From the NCBI GenBank assembly GCA_038064835.1, contig JBBTSD010000001.1:100406-164405 (forward strand): a DNA stretch of 64,000 bases, written 5' to 3'. This DNA comes from Patescibacteria group bacterium (GTDB lineage Bacteria > Patescibacteriota > Minisyncoccia > Phycocordibacterales > UBA2100). Every line of letters starts with the position of its first letter. Position 1 is the stretch's first letter. Below are positions 36,544-46,425 of this stretch, one piece after another. Made by a program: the position numbers and the translations under genes. The notes below the pieces were generated by a model that was not told the DNA's origin, searched no databases, and saw nothing but the letters and a program-made list of their open reading frames with translations.

Positions 36544-37910
36544 CGCAGACGACACTCACTTTTTGCGGAGGCACCGGTTCAGTAACTGGTGCTAATTTTT
36601 TACTCGATACCGGAGTAGAGAAAATTCTGGTCGATTGCGGTCTCATCCAGGGTGCGAGTTTTTGTGATGAACGCAATTGGGTGCCCTTTGTCTACGATCC
36701 GCACGAAATCGGCACGCTGTTTGTAACCCATGCTCACACCGATCATATTGGACGAATTCCGCGTCTCGTGCGCCTGGGCTTTTCAGGTGTCATCTACTCC
36801 ACGCTCGCCACGAAAGATATTGCCGAACTCATGTTTGAAGATGCGCTCAAAGTGATGCGAGAAGAAGAAGTTCGTCACGGTAATATGCATGGACTGCTCT
36901 ATGAAATGAGTGATGTAAAAAAAGCACTTTCGTTGTGGCGTACCGTACCGTATCACGATTCCATAAAGCTCGAGGGAGGTATGCATGCACGGCTTTTAGA
37001 CGCAGGGCATATCCTCGGGTCGGCCATGGTTGAATTCTCGCGCGGTGGGAAGAAGTTGCTCATGACAGGAGATTTGGGTAACGAAAATGCACCATTGGCA
37101 CGCCCGACAGAACCTATTACAAATATCGACTATATGGTTATGGAGAGTGTCTACGGCGACAGAAACCATGAGAATACTACGCAACGGAAAGACATTCTTA
37201 AAGACGCAATCCAGGAAACTACTCGCCAAAGTGGGGTCCTTTTGATACCAGCGTTTTCAATTGAACGCACGCAGATCATTCTCGCTGAGATTAGTCACTT
37301 GTTGCGAGAAAAAAGCATCGCTCCCATTTCTGTATACCTCGACTCACCACTCGCAATACGGTTGATGAGGGTGTACCGTGCTCATGCGCGTGATTTGAAT
37401 GACGCAATTCGTGCACGGTTTGAGCACGGCGACGACCCATTCTCGTTCCCAGAGCTTTCAATTACCTCACGAGTCTCTGAGTCAAATACTATCTATTCGA
37501 GTGCAAATCCAAAGGTTATTGTCGCTGGTTCAGGCATGTCTCATGGTGGGCGAATCCGACAGCATGAAAAGCACTATCTCGGTGACAAGAAAACCACTAT
37601 TCTTTTTCCGGGGTACCAGGCTGTGGGGTCCTTGGGGAGGCGACTGGCCGAAGGGGCACGAAGTGTGCGCATTGATGGGGAATGGGTGCGCGTCCGTGCG
37701 CGAATTCGCCAGTTGCAGGGCTACTCGGCACATGCAGATATGGATCAACTGATTGCCTTTGTTGAGCAGGTGGCACCATCAATTCGAAAGGTCTTTGTTG
37801 CCATGGGTGAACCAAAGTCGTCCTTGTTCCTGACACAACGACTGCGCGACTTTTTAGGCGTTGATGCCTCGGCGCCAGGTGTTGGGGAATCTCACACACT
37901 CGACATCTAG
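36510..37910 (+). CDS. Beta-CASP metallo-beta-lactamase-fold ribonuclease
   Basis: THAHTDHIG, AGHILGS, ESVYG, YSAHAD. Confidence 0.92.
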   Translation: MAGMVVAGGTLTQTTLTFCGGTGSVTGANFLLDTGVEKILVDCGLIQGASFCDERNWVPFVYDPHEIGTLFVTHAHTDHIGRIPRLVRLGFSGVIYSTLATKDIAELMFEDALKVMREEEVRHGNMHGLLYEMSDVKKALSLWRTVPYHDSIKLEGGMHARLLDAGHILGSAMVEFSRGGKKLLMTGDLGNENAPLARPTEPITNIDYMVMESVYGDRNHENTTQRKDILKDAIQETTRQSGVLLIPAFSIERTQIILAEISHLLREKSIAPISVYLDSPLAIRLMRVYRAHARDLNDAIRARFEHGDDPFSFPELSITSRVSESNTIYSSANPKVIVAGSGMSHGGRIRQHEKHYLGDKKTTILFPGYQAVGSLGRRLAEGARSVRIDGEWVRVRARIRQLQGYSAHADMDQLIAFVEQVAPSIRKVFVAMGEPKSSLFLTQRLRDFLGVDASAPGVGESHTLDI

Positions 37911-37929
37911 CAAGTGCTACACTAGAGCT

Positions 37930-38649
37930 ATGGATTTTAATGCTGTACAGGCTGAAAATGATAAAAAGTACGAACTCGATTTAACTCGTGTTCCGCATGC
38001 CCACGGCGATCTCTCATCTGGCGCTTTGGGCAAATTTAAGAGCGACAGCAAGGTGCGTATTTGTGTATCCGGTGCGGCAGAGACAGGGCACTGCGGGCTT
38101 GATTCGTATGAGCTTGCGAAAGAGCTGGGAAGGGAAATTGTTCGACAAGGTGCTATTTTGGTGACGGGGGCTACAACAGGTATACCGCTTTATGCGGCTG
38201 TGGGCGCAAAGGAAGAGGGGGGATTTTCAATCGGCTTTTCTCCAGCCGCAAGCGAGCGCGAGCATGTCGAGATTTATCGTCTCCCAACTGACTACATGGA
38301 CATTATTATATATACCGGTTTCGGCTTCCCCGGACGCGATTTGTTGCTCACTCGTTCTGCAGACGCGGTAATTTTAGGGTGTGGACGCGTGGGAACTATT
38401 CACGAATTTGTCGTTGCGTACGAAGACAAAAAACCAATAGGTATTCTCGAGGGTTCTTGGCACACTGATGAAGTGCTCAAACATATCATGCGCGAGAGCA
38501 ATCGTCCCATGGACAATGTAGTTTCAAATAAAGACCCCAAAGAGCTGGTCGCACAAATGATTACTATGGCAAAGAGAACCAAGCTGGAGCTGAATAGTAT
38601 TTATCGTAATTATGACGGATGGGCAGGGAATGATCGGCGTGTTGTGTAG
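37930..38649 (+). CDS. LOG/DprA-like Rossmann-fold nucleotide-binding protein
   Basis: LVTGATTG, RDLLL, GRVGTIHE. Confidence 0.8.
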   Translation: MDFNAVQAENDKKYELDLTRVPHAHGDLSSGALGKFKSDSKVRICVSGAAETGHCGLDSYELAKELGREIVRQGAILVTGATTGIPLYAAVGAKEEGGFSIGFSPAASEREHVEIYRLPTDYMDIIIYTGFGFPGRDLLLTRSADAVILGCGRVGTIHEFVVAYEDKKPIGILEGSWHTDEVLKHIMRESNRPMDNVVSNKDPKELVAQMITMAKRTKLELNSIYRNYDGWAGNDRRVV

Positions 38650-38669
38650 CGTTCAATCGCAAGGAAGTA

Positions 38670-38697
38670 TTGACAGATATGTTTTTAAGTGTACAAT
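38670..38697 (+). promoter_or_regulatory. Sigma70 promoter, followed by a long leader hairpin (38729-38791)
   Basis: TTGACA-16 bp-TACAAT; GTGGTCATAGCGA...TCGCTATGACCAC. Confidence 0.65.
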
Positions 38698-38857
38698 AAT
38701 AAATGAAGTTCTTTGATAAGACTTGCGAGTGGTCATAGCGAAAAGTGGCTTAACAAAAAACTGAGCAGAGGCCATTTCTCGCTATGACCACACAGGCCAT
38801 GGCTCCACCTCGGATGAGAGGAACAGAGACGGGCACATTAGCCCAAGGAGATACACT

Positions 38858-39514
38858 ATGAGCACAGAATTTGCGATTGCCGATGTTTCGCCCGGCAAGC
38901 TGAACGCACTGGTGAAGAACCTCATGCGTCAGACTGGAGAATCCGATCCAAACGAGGCCGTTCGTCTTCTCAACTCGGGTGAATGGGTTGTTTCAAAACC
39001 GACCCATTCATGGCACGAGAAAGACGGCGTCATCTACTTCAATGTCACCTCGGACGGCACGACCGGCGAGGACTGGATCACCCGGCTCGAGAGCAAGGGC
39101 TTCAGCGTGGACAGCTGCGCCAAGCAGGTGCTCCGCTCAGCGGATTTCAAGCCGACCAACGGCGTGACGACCGAAGTCGCCGTCCTCAAAGGCTGTCTCT
39201 TCGAGGAACGGGGCCGGACTACTTCGGTGATCCGCGCCGAGGCCGACAAGAGGAAGCTCTCGAAGCCGAACACCGAGATCACCTGCCTCATCCGTGAGAA
39301 GTTCACCGACAAGAAGATCGAAGCGATGGGTCTGTGGTACATCGTTGCCATGCACGAACCCATCAACGACTCCGGCGGCGATCCGGTCTTGCTGTACGCG
39401 AACCGTAGCGTCGATGGTCGCCGGCTCAAGGCGTGCCACGAGCGGCCTCTCAACGGGTGGCATCGTGACAGCGGGTTCGCGTTCGCCGTGTCGCACGGCA
39501 GTGCTCAACCCTAA
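38858..39514 (+). CDS. Hypothetical protein resembling CPR DGR target proteins
   Basis: AAGGAG RBS, GC3-rich codons, C-terminus ..W.RDSGFAFAV with an NNC/NNT-rich codon run, downstream hairpins. Confidence 0.7.
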   Translation: MSTEFAIADVSPGKLNALVKNLMRQTGESDPNEAVRLLNSGEWVVSKPTHSWHEKDGVIYFNVTSDGTTGEDWITRLESKGFSVDSCAKQVLRSADFKPTNGVTTEVAVLKGCLFEERGRTTSVIRAEADKRKLSKPNTEITCLIREKFTDKKIEAMGLWYIVAMHEPINDSGGDPVLLYANRSVDGRRLKACHERPLNGWHRDSGFAFAVSHGSAQP

Positions 39515-39549
39515 GCTCCTCGGGACTTTAGTCCTTACAGGACCTGTAC

Positions 39550-39585
39550 ACCTTTTGAGCGATTTAAGAAAATCGCTCAAAAGGT
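39550..39585. repeat. 16-bp-stem hairpin
   Basis: ACCTTTTGAGCGATTT-AAGA-AAATCGCTCAAAAGGT. Confidence 0.8.
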
Positions 39586-39632
39586 CTTGAGAAGCTTCAA
39601 GTATTCGCTTCTCACCCTTTGAACTTAGTCCT

Positions 39633-39667
39633 TAGCCCCACTCCGACGGACGGGGTGGGGCTATTTT
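39633..39667. terminator. Terminator hairpin between convergent genes
   Basis: TAGCCCCACTCCG-loop-CGGGGTGGGGCTA-TTTT. Confidence 0.7.
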
Positions 39668-39697
39668 CATCAAAGACTCGGCTATGCTATATGGAAC

Positions 39698-40045
39698 CTA
39701 CTTAACCTCTGCAACAACGCGAGCGAATGTCTCGGGATGGTCCTTGGCGAGAGTAGCAAGAATTTTGCGATCCAAGGTAATTCCTTTCTTTTTAAGAGAA
39801 TCGATGAACGAGCTATATGAGCGCAATCCGAGTGCACGAACACCGGCGTTGATACGCACGGTCCAGAGCGCGCGGAACTCACGCTTTTTTGCGCGACGGT
39901 CTCGAAACGCATAGGTTCCTGCCTTGAAAATAGCGTCTTTCGCTGCGCGTTCCTTTTTAGAACGGGCAAAACGATAGCCCTTGACCATCTTAAGGACATT
40001 GCGACGGCGTTTTAGGGTACTGACTCCTCCTTTTACTCGGGCCAT
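39698..40045 (-). CDS. rplT: 50S ribosomal protein L20
   Basis: [31 protein letters not shown]. Confidence 0.97.
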   Translation of the reverse strand: MARVKGGVSTLKRRRNVLKMVKGYRFARSKKERAAKDAIFKAGTYAFRDRRAKKREFRALWTVRINAGVRALGLRSYSSFIDSLKKKGITLDRKILATLAKDHPETFARVVAEVK

Positions 40046-40070
40046 ATGATTTAAAAAAATTTACAAAAAG

Positions 40071-40268
40071 CTAGTTGGTGCCGCCTGGCAAAAAGCGAGC
40101 CTTGTCTTTCTTATTAAGAACGAACGGGACAGCGACATTGCGACGGCGTTGCATCTGGCGTCGGCGACCTTCCTTGGCATTAAAATGGTTCTGTCCAGGT
40201 ACGCGCGCAACAACCTTACCTGTGCGGGTAACTCGGAGGCGCTTGGTGAAAGACTTGTTGGTTTTCAT
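40071..40268 (-). CDS. rpmI: 50S ribosomal protein L35
   Basis: MKTNKSFTKRLRVTRTGKV; between infC and rplT. Confidence 0.9.
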   Translation of the reverse strand: MKTNKSFTKRLRVTRTGKVVARVPGQNHFNAKEGRRRQMQRRRNVAVPFVLNKKDKARFLPGGTN

Positions 40269-40912
40269 GGTGTTTCAGGCTCTTTTTCGACATCGCCGAC
40301 ATCGCCTAGCGGGGACGAAAGGGAGAGTGTAGGGCTCTTCATCGGGGTGCTTGGCACCCAGCGTTTGCCCGTTTTGTCTCGCTCAATCACCACCGAGAGG
40401 CCTTTTAGGCTTTTCTTGATGTCGTCAGCGAGTTTAAAGGATTCTGGGATAATTGCAAGGAATCTCTCGAGGCGATCCTTGAGAAAGTTGAATTCCATGT
40501 ACTTGTAACGACCCCACAAAAACAGGTCGATTTTGACTCGATGACCCTCCCTCAACCACCCGGCCGCTTGGGATGCCTTGAGGTGCATGTCTCGCTCGCC
40601 GGTACCAATCTTGACCTGGGTGGTTTTGGTCTCGGTTACATGGGCCTTGGCCTTTACTTCTTTCCCCTTCTTCTTCATTTCATACTTATATTTGCCCAAA
40701 TCAGCGATTTTGGCGACGGGGGGAGTCGAGGTGCTGGAGATTTCTATCAAATCCAGCCCCAATTCGCGTGCCTTTGCGAGGGCTTCATCAGATGAAATGA
40801 TGCCAAAGTTTTCACCGTCAGGTCCGACAACGCGTAGTTCGCGAGCACGGATAGCATCGTTAATCCGCAAACGGTCCTTTTCCTTGGCAGTTGTGTATTT
40901 CGTGAATCCCAT
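40265..40912 (-). CDS. infC: Translation initiation factor IF-3
   Basis: RINDAIRARELRVV, LDLIEIS, PPVAKIADLGKYKYE. Confidence 0.95.
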   Translation of the reverse strand: MGFTKYTTAKEKDRLRINDAIRARELRVVGPDGENFGIISSDEALAKARELGLDLIEISSTSTPPVAKIADLGKYKYEMKKKGKEVKAKAHVTETKTTQVKIGTGERDMHLKASQAAGWLREGHRVKIDLFLWGRYKYMEFNFLKDRLERFLAIIPESFKLADDIKKSLKGLSVVIERDKTGKRWVPSTPMKSPTLSLSSPLGDVGDVEKEPETP

Positions 40913-41011
40913 GAGTAAAGACTATACCACACCCTACAGCTTTGCGGAATATCATTTGAGCGCACCTTGTGGGAGAGTGGAAAAAGACAAGTAAGGTAAC
41001 AAGGGGTCGAC

Positions 41012-41662
41012 ATGGACTATGCAGTGATATTCGATATGGATGGGGTCGTTTCCGATACCCAGAAATTGCATGCGCGGGTAGAATCGGAGCTTCTTGCGCA
41101 ACTAGGTGTCGCTATTTCTCCCGAGGAAATTACGCGGCGCTTTGCAGGGATGAGCCTGACACAGCAGTTTGGTGAGCTGTTGTGGGGGAAGCGTGCTCAC
41201 TATGACATGCAACTTGTGGAAAAAGAGAAATGGCGGCGCATGGCCGACCTCGCCAAGCAGGGTGTGGATCCGGTGAAAGGATCAGTCGAGACGCTTATTG
41301 AACTTGTGTACCACTTTCGTCTTGGGCTAGGTTCGGCATCAGTTCTGCCGTATGTCGAGAGCGTACTTCATGCGCTTGATGTGCGTCCGCTTTTCGAGTC
41401 GGTTGTGACGGGTGATATGGTGGCACAGGGAAAGCCTGCGCCGGATATTTTCTTGCGAGTCGCACGCGAGTTGCATATACCGCCCAGTAGATGTGTTGTC
41501 ATCGAAGACGGAAAGAGCGGGATGATTGCCGCCGCCCGCGCAGGTATGAAATGCATCGCTCTGGTGCCACAAATCTCGGACGAGTATCCGACACAGCATC
41601 AGATTTGTTCTTTGTACGAATTGAATCAGGGTTACATTCGTTCGGTACTTGCCGTTGGTTGA
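41012..41662 (+). CDS. HAD-family phosphatase (beta-PGM/CbbY-like)
   Basis: FDMDGV, GKPAPD, IED. Confidence 0.9.
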   Translation: MDYAVIFDMDGVVSDTQKLHARVESELLAQLGVAISPEEITRRFAGMSLTQQFGELLWGKRAHYDMQLVEKEKWRRMADLAKQGVDPVKGSVETLIELVYHFRLGLGSASVLPYVESVLHALDVRPLFESVVTGDMVAQGKPAPDIFLRVARELHIPPSRCVVIEDGKSGMIAAARAGMKCIALVPQISDEYPTQHQICSLYELNQGYIRSVLAVG

Positions 41663-41703
41663 GGAAGGATAGTGGACAAAACCGCGCTTTGCGCGGTTTC
41701 TTG

Positions 41704-42759
41704 CTATCCTCGTTCAGCCAACTGTACGCGGTATTCTTTCCCAAATAGTTCCCATGTGGCAAGGAAGAGTGCCGCGAGCGCAGGACCTAAAATGATGCCA
41801 GAGATACCAAAGAGCCCGAGGCCACCAAGGACAGACAAGAGCACCAATGCATCAGGCATGTTGGTGTCGCGACCTACCAAAATAGGGCGCAAGACATTGT
41901 CGATCGAACCAAGAATGACAGTCCCACCGATCAAGACAACAAGGGCCGGTACCAATGAGCCAAGCGTAAGCAGTATGAGACCCGCAGGAAGCCAGATGAT
42001 CGCAGGACCCACACCAGGAACAAGTGCGCATAGTGCCATGAGTAGACCCCACAGAGCGGGACTCGGGATGCCAGCAATGAGAAATAGGATAGTACCAATC
42101 GCACCCTGAGCAAGTGAGATGAGTAACGCGCCTTTGACTGTGGCGCGCACAGCGCTTGCAAACTGCTCGTACAAAAATATTTCTTTAGCATCACCGAGTG
42201 GTAGATAGCGCATTATGTGCGAGCCAATCGCGGCTCCGTCGCGCAAAAAGAAAAACAGGAGGTACAGCATTACTAGGGCCTTTGCAACAAACTGAATAGT
42301 TGAGGCGCCAAAGTCGAGCGCGCCGGTCGCAAGTTTGCCGCCTGCATTTTTCAAAACTTCTGCAAGACGCACATGGATCTCGTTCGGTTCGATACCGATA
42401 GATGAAAGCAATTCGGTGGCAAAGGGGATTGCCTGCACAACGCTTTCAAAGATGTATGGGTTCGAAAATCGAGCAGTAGTGTACAACTCGGTGCTCTCCT
42501 TTACTACAAGTGTGCCGATGCCTGCAATGGGAAGAAAAACCAGGAGTACTGCAACAAGAAGAGTGAGTAACGCGGCAGGTGTTTTGCGACCACCGAATTG
42601 TCGCTCCATGCGGTAAGTGATTGGAAAGAAAAGAATCGAAAGAATAACAGCCCATACAATAGGAAGAAGAAAGTCAGAGATGAGATATCCAAACGCGACG
42701 GAAACACCGATCAAAAGAGCAAAGAAAGAGAAGTGTTGTATGCGCGAGAAAGTGTCCAT
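41704..42759 (-). CDS. AI-2E family (PerM-like) transporter
   Basis: Multi-TM; FFFLRDG, IDNVLRP, GIILGP. Confidence 0.9.
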   Translation of the reverse strand: MDTFSRIQHFSFFALLIGVSVAFGYLISDFLLPIVWAVILSILFFPITYRMERQFGGRKTPAALLTLLVAVLLVFLPIAGIGTLVVKESTELYTTARFSNPYIFESVVQAIPFATELLSSIGIEPNEIHVRLAEVLKNAGGKLATGALDFGASTIQFVAKALVMLYLLFFFLRDGAAIGSHIMRYLPLGDAKEIFLYEQFASAVRATVKGALLISLAQGAIGTILFLIAGIPSPALWGLLMALCALVPGVGPAIIWLPAGLILLTLGSLVPALVVLIGGTVILGSIDNVLRPILVGRDTNMPDALVLLSVLGGLGLFGISGIILGPALAALFLATWELFGKEYRVQLAERG

Positions 42760-42781
42760 AAAGTTAGACTACCACGGTTTT

Positions 42782-44113
42782 CTAGAGGTCCCATTCAGGC
42801 GCATCTTGGTATTCGGGCGTAGTGTTCTGCTTTCGGCCGCGGATAACTTCGAGTAAGCGATGCAACGCGATCGAGATATTCTGGAGTGCCTGGCGGTAGG
42901 ATGCGAGCGCAGTCGAACTCAAAGTTCCGTACAGTGGTGCCCGGGCTTTTTCTGTGTACACGGCACCTTCGCCAAATGTAGTTTTTGGCGCCTGGACAGT
43001 AGACTTGTCGGCGATAGAGTTTGTGTCGGTAGTGGTCCTTCGTATCGGTGTATAGGATGCAGCTCTCTCTGCTTGAAGTCGAGCGAGTAGTTCGGGATTT
43101 GGCGAGGGATATGCGGTAGGGGAACTTGATGCAGTACTGCTTGGTCGTGGTGCGATGATTTCTTGGATTTTTGTGGCTGAATCGGGGAGTAGTGTGGTGG
43201 TGACAGGTGCTGTTCCACGGGAAGTTTCGCCAGGGTTGCCGGGAGTAACTGGTGCAACGGATATGACAGGTTGTGGCACAGGAGGTGCAAAAGCTTGCTG
43301 GATACCAAGGGATTGAGGAAGTGCGGCGCTTGGGATCGCGGGGGGAGGCACTGCCGGTGGCACAACTCCAAGCGCGGTCCCCAATGTTCTTAATAGGCTT
43401 GGTGCGGGTGCGGCTGCCGCAGGTGGTGGCGTCCCACCTACTGCCGGATTGAACCCGGCAGTAGTACATTGCGTGCTATTTGGCTCAAGATGCCACGGCT
43501 CGGTGATGCGACTTCCACGGGGCTTTCCAGGCATCAATGGAAAATCCACCCCATGGCGTAAGGCAATCGTTCCGACAAGCGGTGCACAGTTGGAACCACC
43601 GTTGCATTTTAGGTCGACAGCGATACCTCGTTGATGTGGCGAGCTTCCTACCGCAGCTGCGTAGAGCGATCCTTGCGCTGCACCACGCCGTGCGATCGAC
43701 TGTGCTCGCGCACGCGCTTGGTCTGCTGCATTACGCGCCCCGGAAAAAATTTCCATGGTAATCCCGTCGGCCTCTGCTTCTTTCATAAAATCAGCGAGAC
43801 ATTTTGCGAAGGCGGGATCAAGGTCAGACACATAATACGGTCGTTGTGTCCTGTGTGGCTCGACCAATCGATCGAGGAGATAGCGGTATAGATCTCCGTC
43901 GACAGTTGCGCGACAATTCTGTCTCAGAACAATTTCATCGGCATCGCATACCATTCCCGCGCGAGCAAGGGTAATTCCACGGTTGCGGAGACAGGTGATA
44001 TCGCTTGGGGTTGCGGCTCGACATGCGGCATTGGATATCGCTGGAGATACTAGCAAGACGGTAAACACCGCAGCGCCCACAAAGAGAAAAAACGCGCGCG
44101 AGTCACTGCTCAT
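42782..44113 (-). CDS. Secreted M15-family (D-Ala-D-Ala carboxypeptidase-like) Zn peptidase with Pro/Thr-rich tail
   Basis: Signal peptide; SGAR, SPHQRGIAVD, EPWH motifs. Confidence 0.82.
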   Translation of the reverse strand: MSSDSRAFFLFVGAAVFTVLLVSPAISNAACRAATPSDITCLRNRGITLARAGMVCDADEIVLRQNCRATVDGDLYRYLLDRLVEPHRTQRPYYVSDLDPAFAKCLADFMKEAEADGITMEIFSGARNAADQARARAQSIARRGAAQGSLYAAAVGSSPHQRGIAVDLKCNGGSNCAPLVGTIALRHGVDFPLMPGKPRGSRITEPWHLEPNSTQCTTAGFNPAVGGTPPPAAAAPAPSLLRTLGTALGVVPPAVPPPAIPSAALPQSLGIQQAFAPPVPQPVISVAPVTPGNPGETSRGTAPVTTTLLPDSATKIQEIIAPRPSSTASSSPTAYPSPNPELLARLQAERAASYTPIRRTTTDTNSIADKSTVQAPKTTFGEGAVYTEKARAPLYGTLSSTALASYRQALQNISIALHRLLEVIRGRKQNTTPEYQDAPEWDL

Positions 44114-44222
44114 ACAGATAGTATAGCCCACAGGCGTCCGTGCGCTCATAATTGCGCGGTATTCCAGCTGGGGGTATAGTCGAAATGGGTCTGAATAACT
44201 CAATGGAAACAGGGAGTTTCCG

Positions 44223-45326
44223 ATGAAGAACCGGACATTCCGCTTCGTAGTTTTTGGCGCAGGGCGTCAGGGACTCGCCACTGTGTATGATCTGATGCAA
44301 AGATGTGATGCCGATCGAGTAGTTGTCTTTGATCCGGATAGTATCCGGCTCGGGCATGCCGCGACACGCTTGCGCGCATTGCTTTCTGGTGACATGTACG
44401 ACAAGGTAATTTTCCTTGCCACCGGTCCCTCTGCAGAATATTTTGTTGCAGAAACAGATGTCGTTATTTCATGTGCGCCACACCAGGCGAATATCGATCT
44501 TACTAAACTTGCACTCAAATATCACAAGCACTTTTGTGACCTCGGTGGCAACACTGCGATTATGGAAGAACAAGAACGGCTTGCGCGAGGTGCACGGTCG
44601 GCGGTAGTGCCTGCATGTGGTGTTTCGCCAGGAATCTCAAATATACTTGCCGCGTACCTGGCTCAAGAAGAGCTTTGTAATGAGATTCGCGTGCGGTGCG
44701 GTGGTAATCCACTGATTCCTCCGAATGAAATGGTGAATCCCTACCTCTACTCGCTCTACTTCAGTCCTGATGGGGTTGCGAGCGAGTATACAGGGAATGT
44801 GGCTATTATTCGGAAGGGAGAGATAGCGCTCGCTCCGGCACTGGGGGAGGTATCTCCATTTGACGATGAATTCGAATCGGCACCAACTGCAAATAATTCA
44901 CCACTCGTTGCACAGTATCTTCGTAGCCTGGGTGTGATGGAATATGACTATCAAACGCTTCGTTATCGCGGACATTTCTCTGCAATCAAAAAGAAAGCCC
45001 CAATCGGTGACGAGAGATCTCTTGCTCAGTGGCTTCGTGATCAGCCCGAACTCCAGCTCTCCCCGATTGCCAAAGACCGCCTCACCTTGAGTGTCCGTGG
45101 TATCTACCACAATCGTGCATTACGCGAGACTAGAGAATATCGGTTTGATGTGGAAGCAGACCCAACAACAGGGTTTACCGCCATGGAACGCATGACTTCG
45201 TGGGGGATTACCCTGGTTGCACGGTATCTTGCGGAATACGGCGGCCGTGAAGTGCATGGGTTTTTCCCACCCGAACAGTTTATGAACGCACAAGATATTA
45301 TTCATGGTATCTGCGCGCGATTGTGA
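44223..45326 (+). CDS. Saccharopine dehydrogenase-family oxidoreductase
   Basis: GAGRQG, DLGG, CGVSPG, YQTLRYRGH, TAMERMT. Confidence 0.88.
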   Translation: MKNRTFRFVVFGAGRQGLATVYDLMQRCDADRVVVFDPDSIRLGHAATRLRALLSGDMYDKVIFLATGPSAEYFVAETDVVISCAPHQANIDLTKLALKYHKHFCDLGGNTAIMEEQERLARGARSAVVPACGVSPGISNILAAYLAQEELCNEIRVRCGGNPLIPPNEMVNPYLYSLYFSPDGVASEYTGNVAIIRKGEIALAPALGEVSPFDDEFESAPTANNSPLVAQYLRSLGVMEYDYQTLRYRGHFSAIKKKAPIGDERSLAQWLRDQPELQLSPIAKDRLTLSVRGIYHNRALRETREYRFDVEADPTTGFTAMERMTSWGITLVARYLAEYGGREVHGFFPPEQFMNAQDIIHGICARL

Positions 45327-45366
45327 TTACAAAGATAACCCCCGCCATAAGCGGGGGTTTCTGTAA

Positions 45367-45650
45367 TCATGGCGTTGAACGACGCAGGTACAAGATGCCA
45401 ATCATGCCGACTTGGCACACGAGGAATGTTGCCGGTTGCATCAGTGATACTAGGTTCCACTCCGCAGTGCCCAAGATTGCCGATGTGCTTGCTGTGGCAA
45501 TGATTACCCATGCCAGCAGGTCTTCATGTGCCGGGTTCTCATAGGCTGAGATAAGACTCGGTATCATGCCGATGGTCATTGCAGCAAGGCTCGCAAGCAT
45601 GGCAACAAGCGGGTCACCTGATATGGCCCACAGGATAGTTCCTGCAATTG
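45367..45650 (-). pseudogene. 5'-truncated membrane-protein gene fragment
   Basis: Frame reads ..IAGTILWAISGDPLVAMLASLAAMTIGMIP.. and runs upstream into a hairpin and a stop without a credible start; flanked by similar AACCCCCGC hairpins. Confidence 0.5.
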
Positions 45651-45676
45651 AAAAACCCCCGCTTGGACGGAGGTTG

Positions 45677-46378
45677 CTACTGATCTATCCAGGGTAGGAT
45701 TACCGTTTCAGTGGCCAGGATTAGTTGCTCTGATGACAGAGTGTGGCGTGCATCCTGAATCGTATGACGGGTGATGTTTGCTGGATGCAAACCCTCAATT
45801 GTCAGTAGAGGAATGACGGAATCAAATTCCGAAGAAAGGATTAGGGTGTCTCCACTAAAAGCACACAAGGCTACCGCCAACCTGTGCGAATTGCATGTGT
45901 GCGATAGGTGGCGCCAAGCGAGTATCGATGTGTAACGCGTCGGAGTTTCAAACATTTCATGCATTGCTTCTGTCGAGAATCCTTCATCAGGATAACTTGC
46001 AGGGGCAAAAAGTATGAGGCGATGAACCGTGCGTTCTTGCGAAAGAATGCCCGCAAGGTAAGAGCCGAAACTAAAACCCACGACAGTGATGCGCTTTGCG
46101 TTTATACTCGACGCTCGAGCAAGTGTGTCGTATGCATCACGAGTTACTTTCAGATATTCTGCGCGAGTTTTCGATCCGTCAGACTGGTCGTGCAGTCGTA
46201 CAAAAGAGACTTGATATCCACGACTCTCGAACAAAGCCGCTGCTCCTGCAAAGTATGCAGGTGTGCCACGCCAACCGTGTATAAAAAGAACTCCAGGCGC
46301 ATCCCCCGCGCACGCGGGTGACATACAGGCAGAGAAGATCACGCATGCGATTAGAGAGATATCTCGCAACCAGGCCAT
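45677..46378 (-). CDS. Secreted alpha/beta hydrolase
   Basis: HGW, GFSFG nucleophile elbow, D and H triad residues; signal peptide. Confidence 0.85.
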   Translation of the reverse strand: MAWLRDISLIACVIFSACMSPACAGDAPGVLFIHGWRGTPAYFAGAAALFESRGYQVSFVRLHDQSDGSKTRAEYLKVTRDAYDTLARASSINAKRITVVGFSFGSYLAGILSQERTVHRLILFAPASYPDEGFSTEAMHEMFETPTRYTSILAWRHLSHTCNSHRLAVALCAFSGDTLILSSEFDSVIPLLTIEGLHPANITRHTIQDARHTLSSEQLILATETVILPWIDQ

Positions 46379-46425
46379 CGTGCCCTCCATATGCTACATG
46401 TATCATGCGCTATGGCAGGGTGTCG

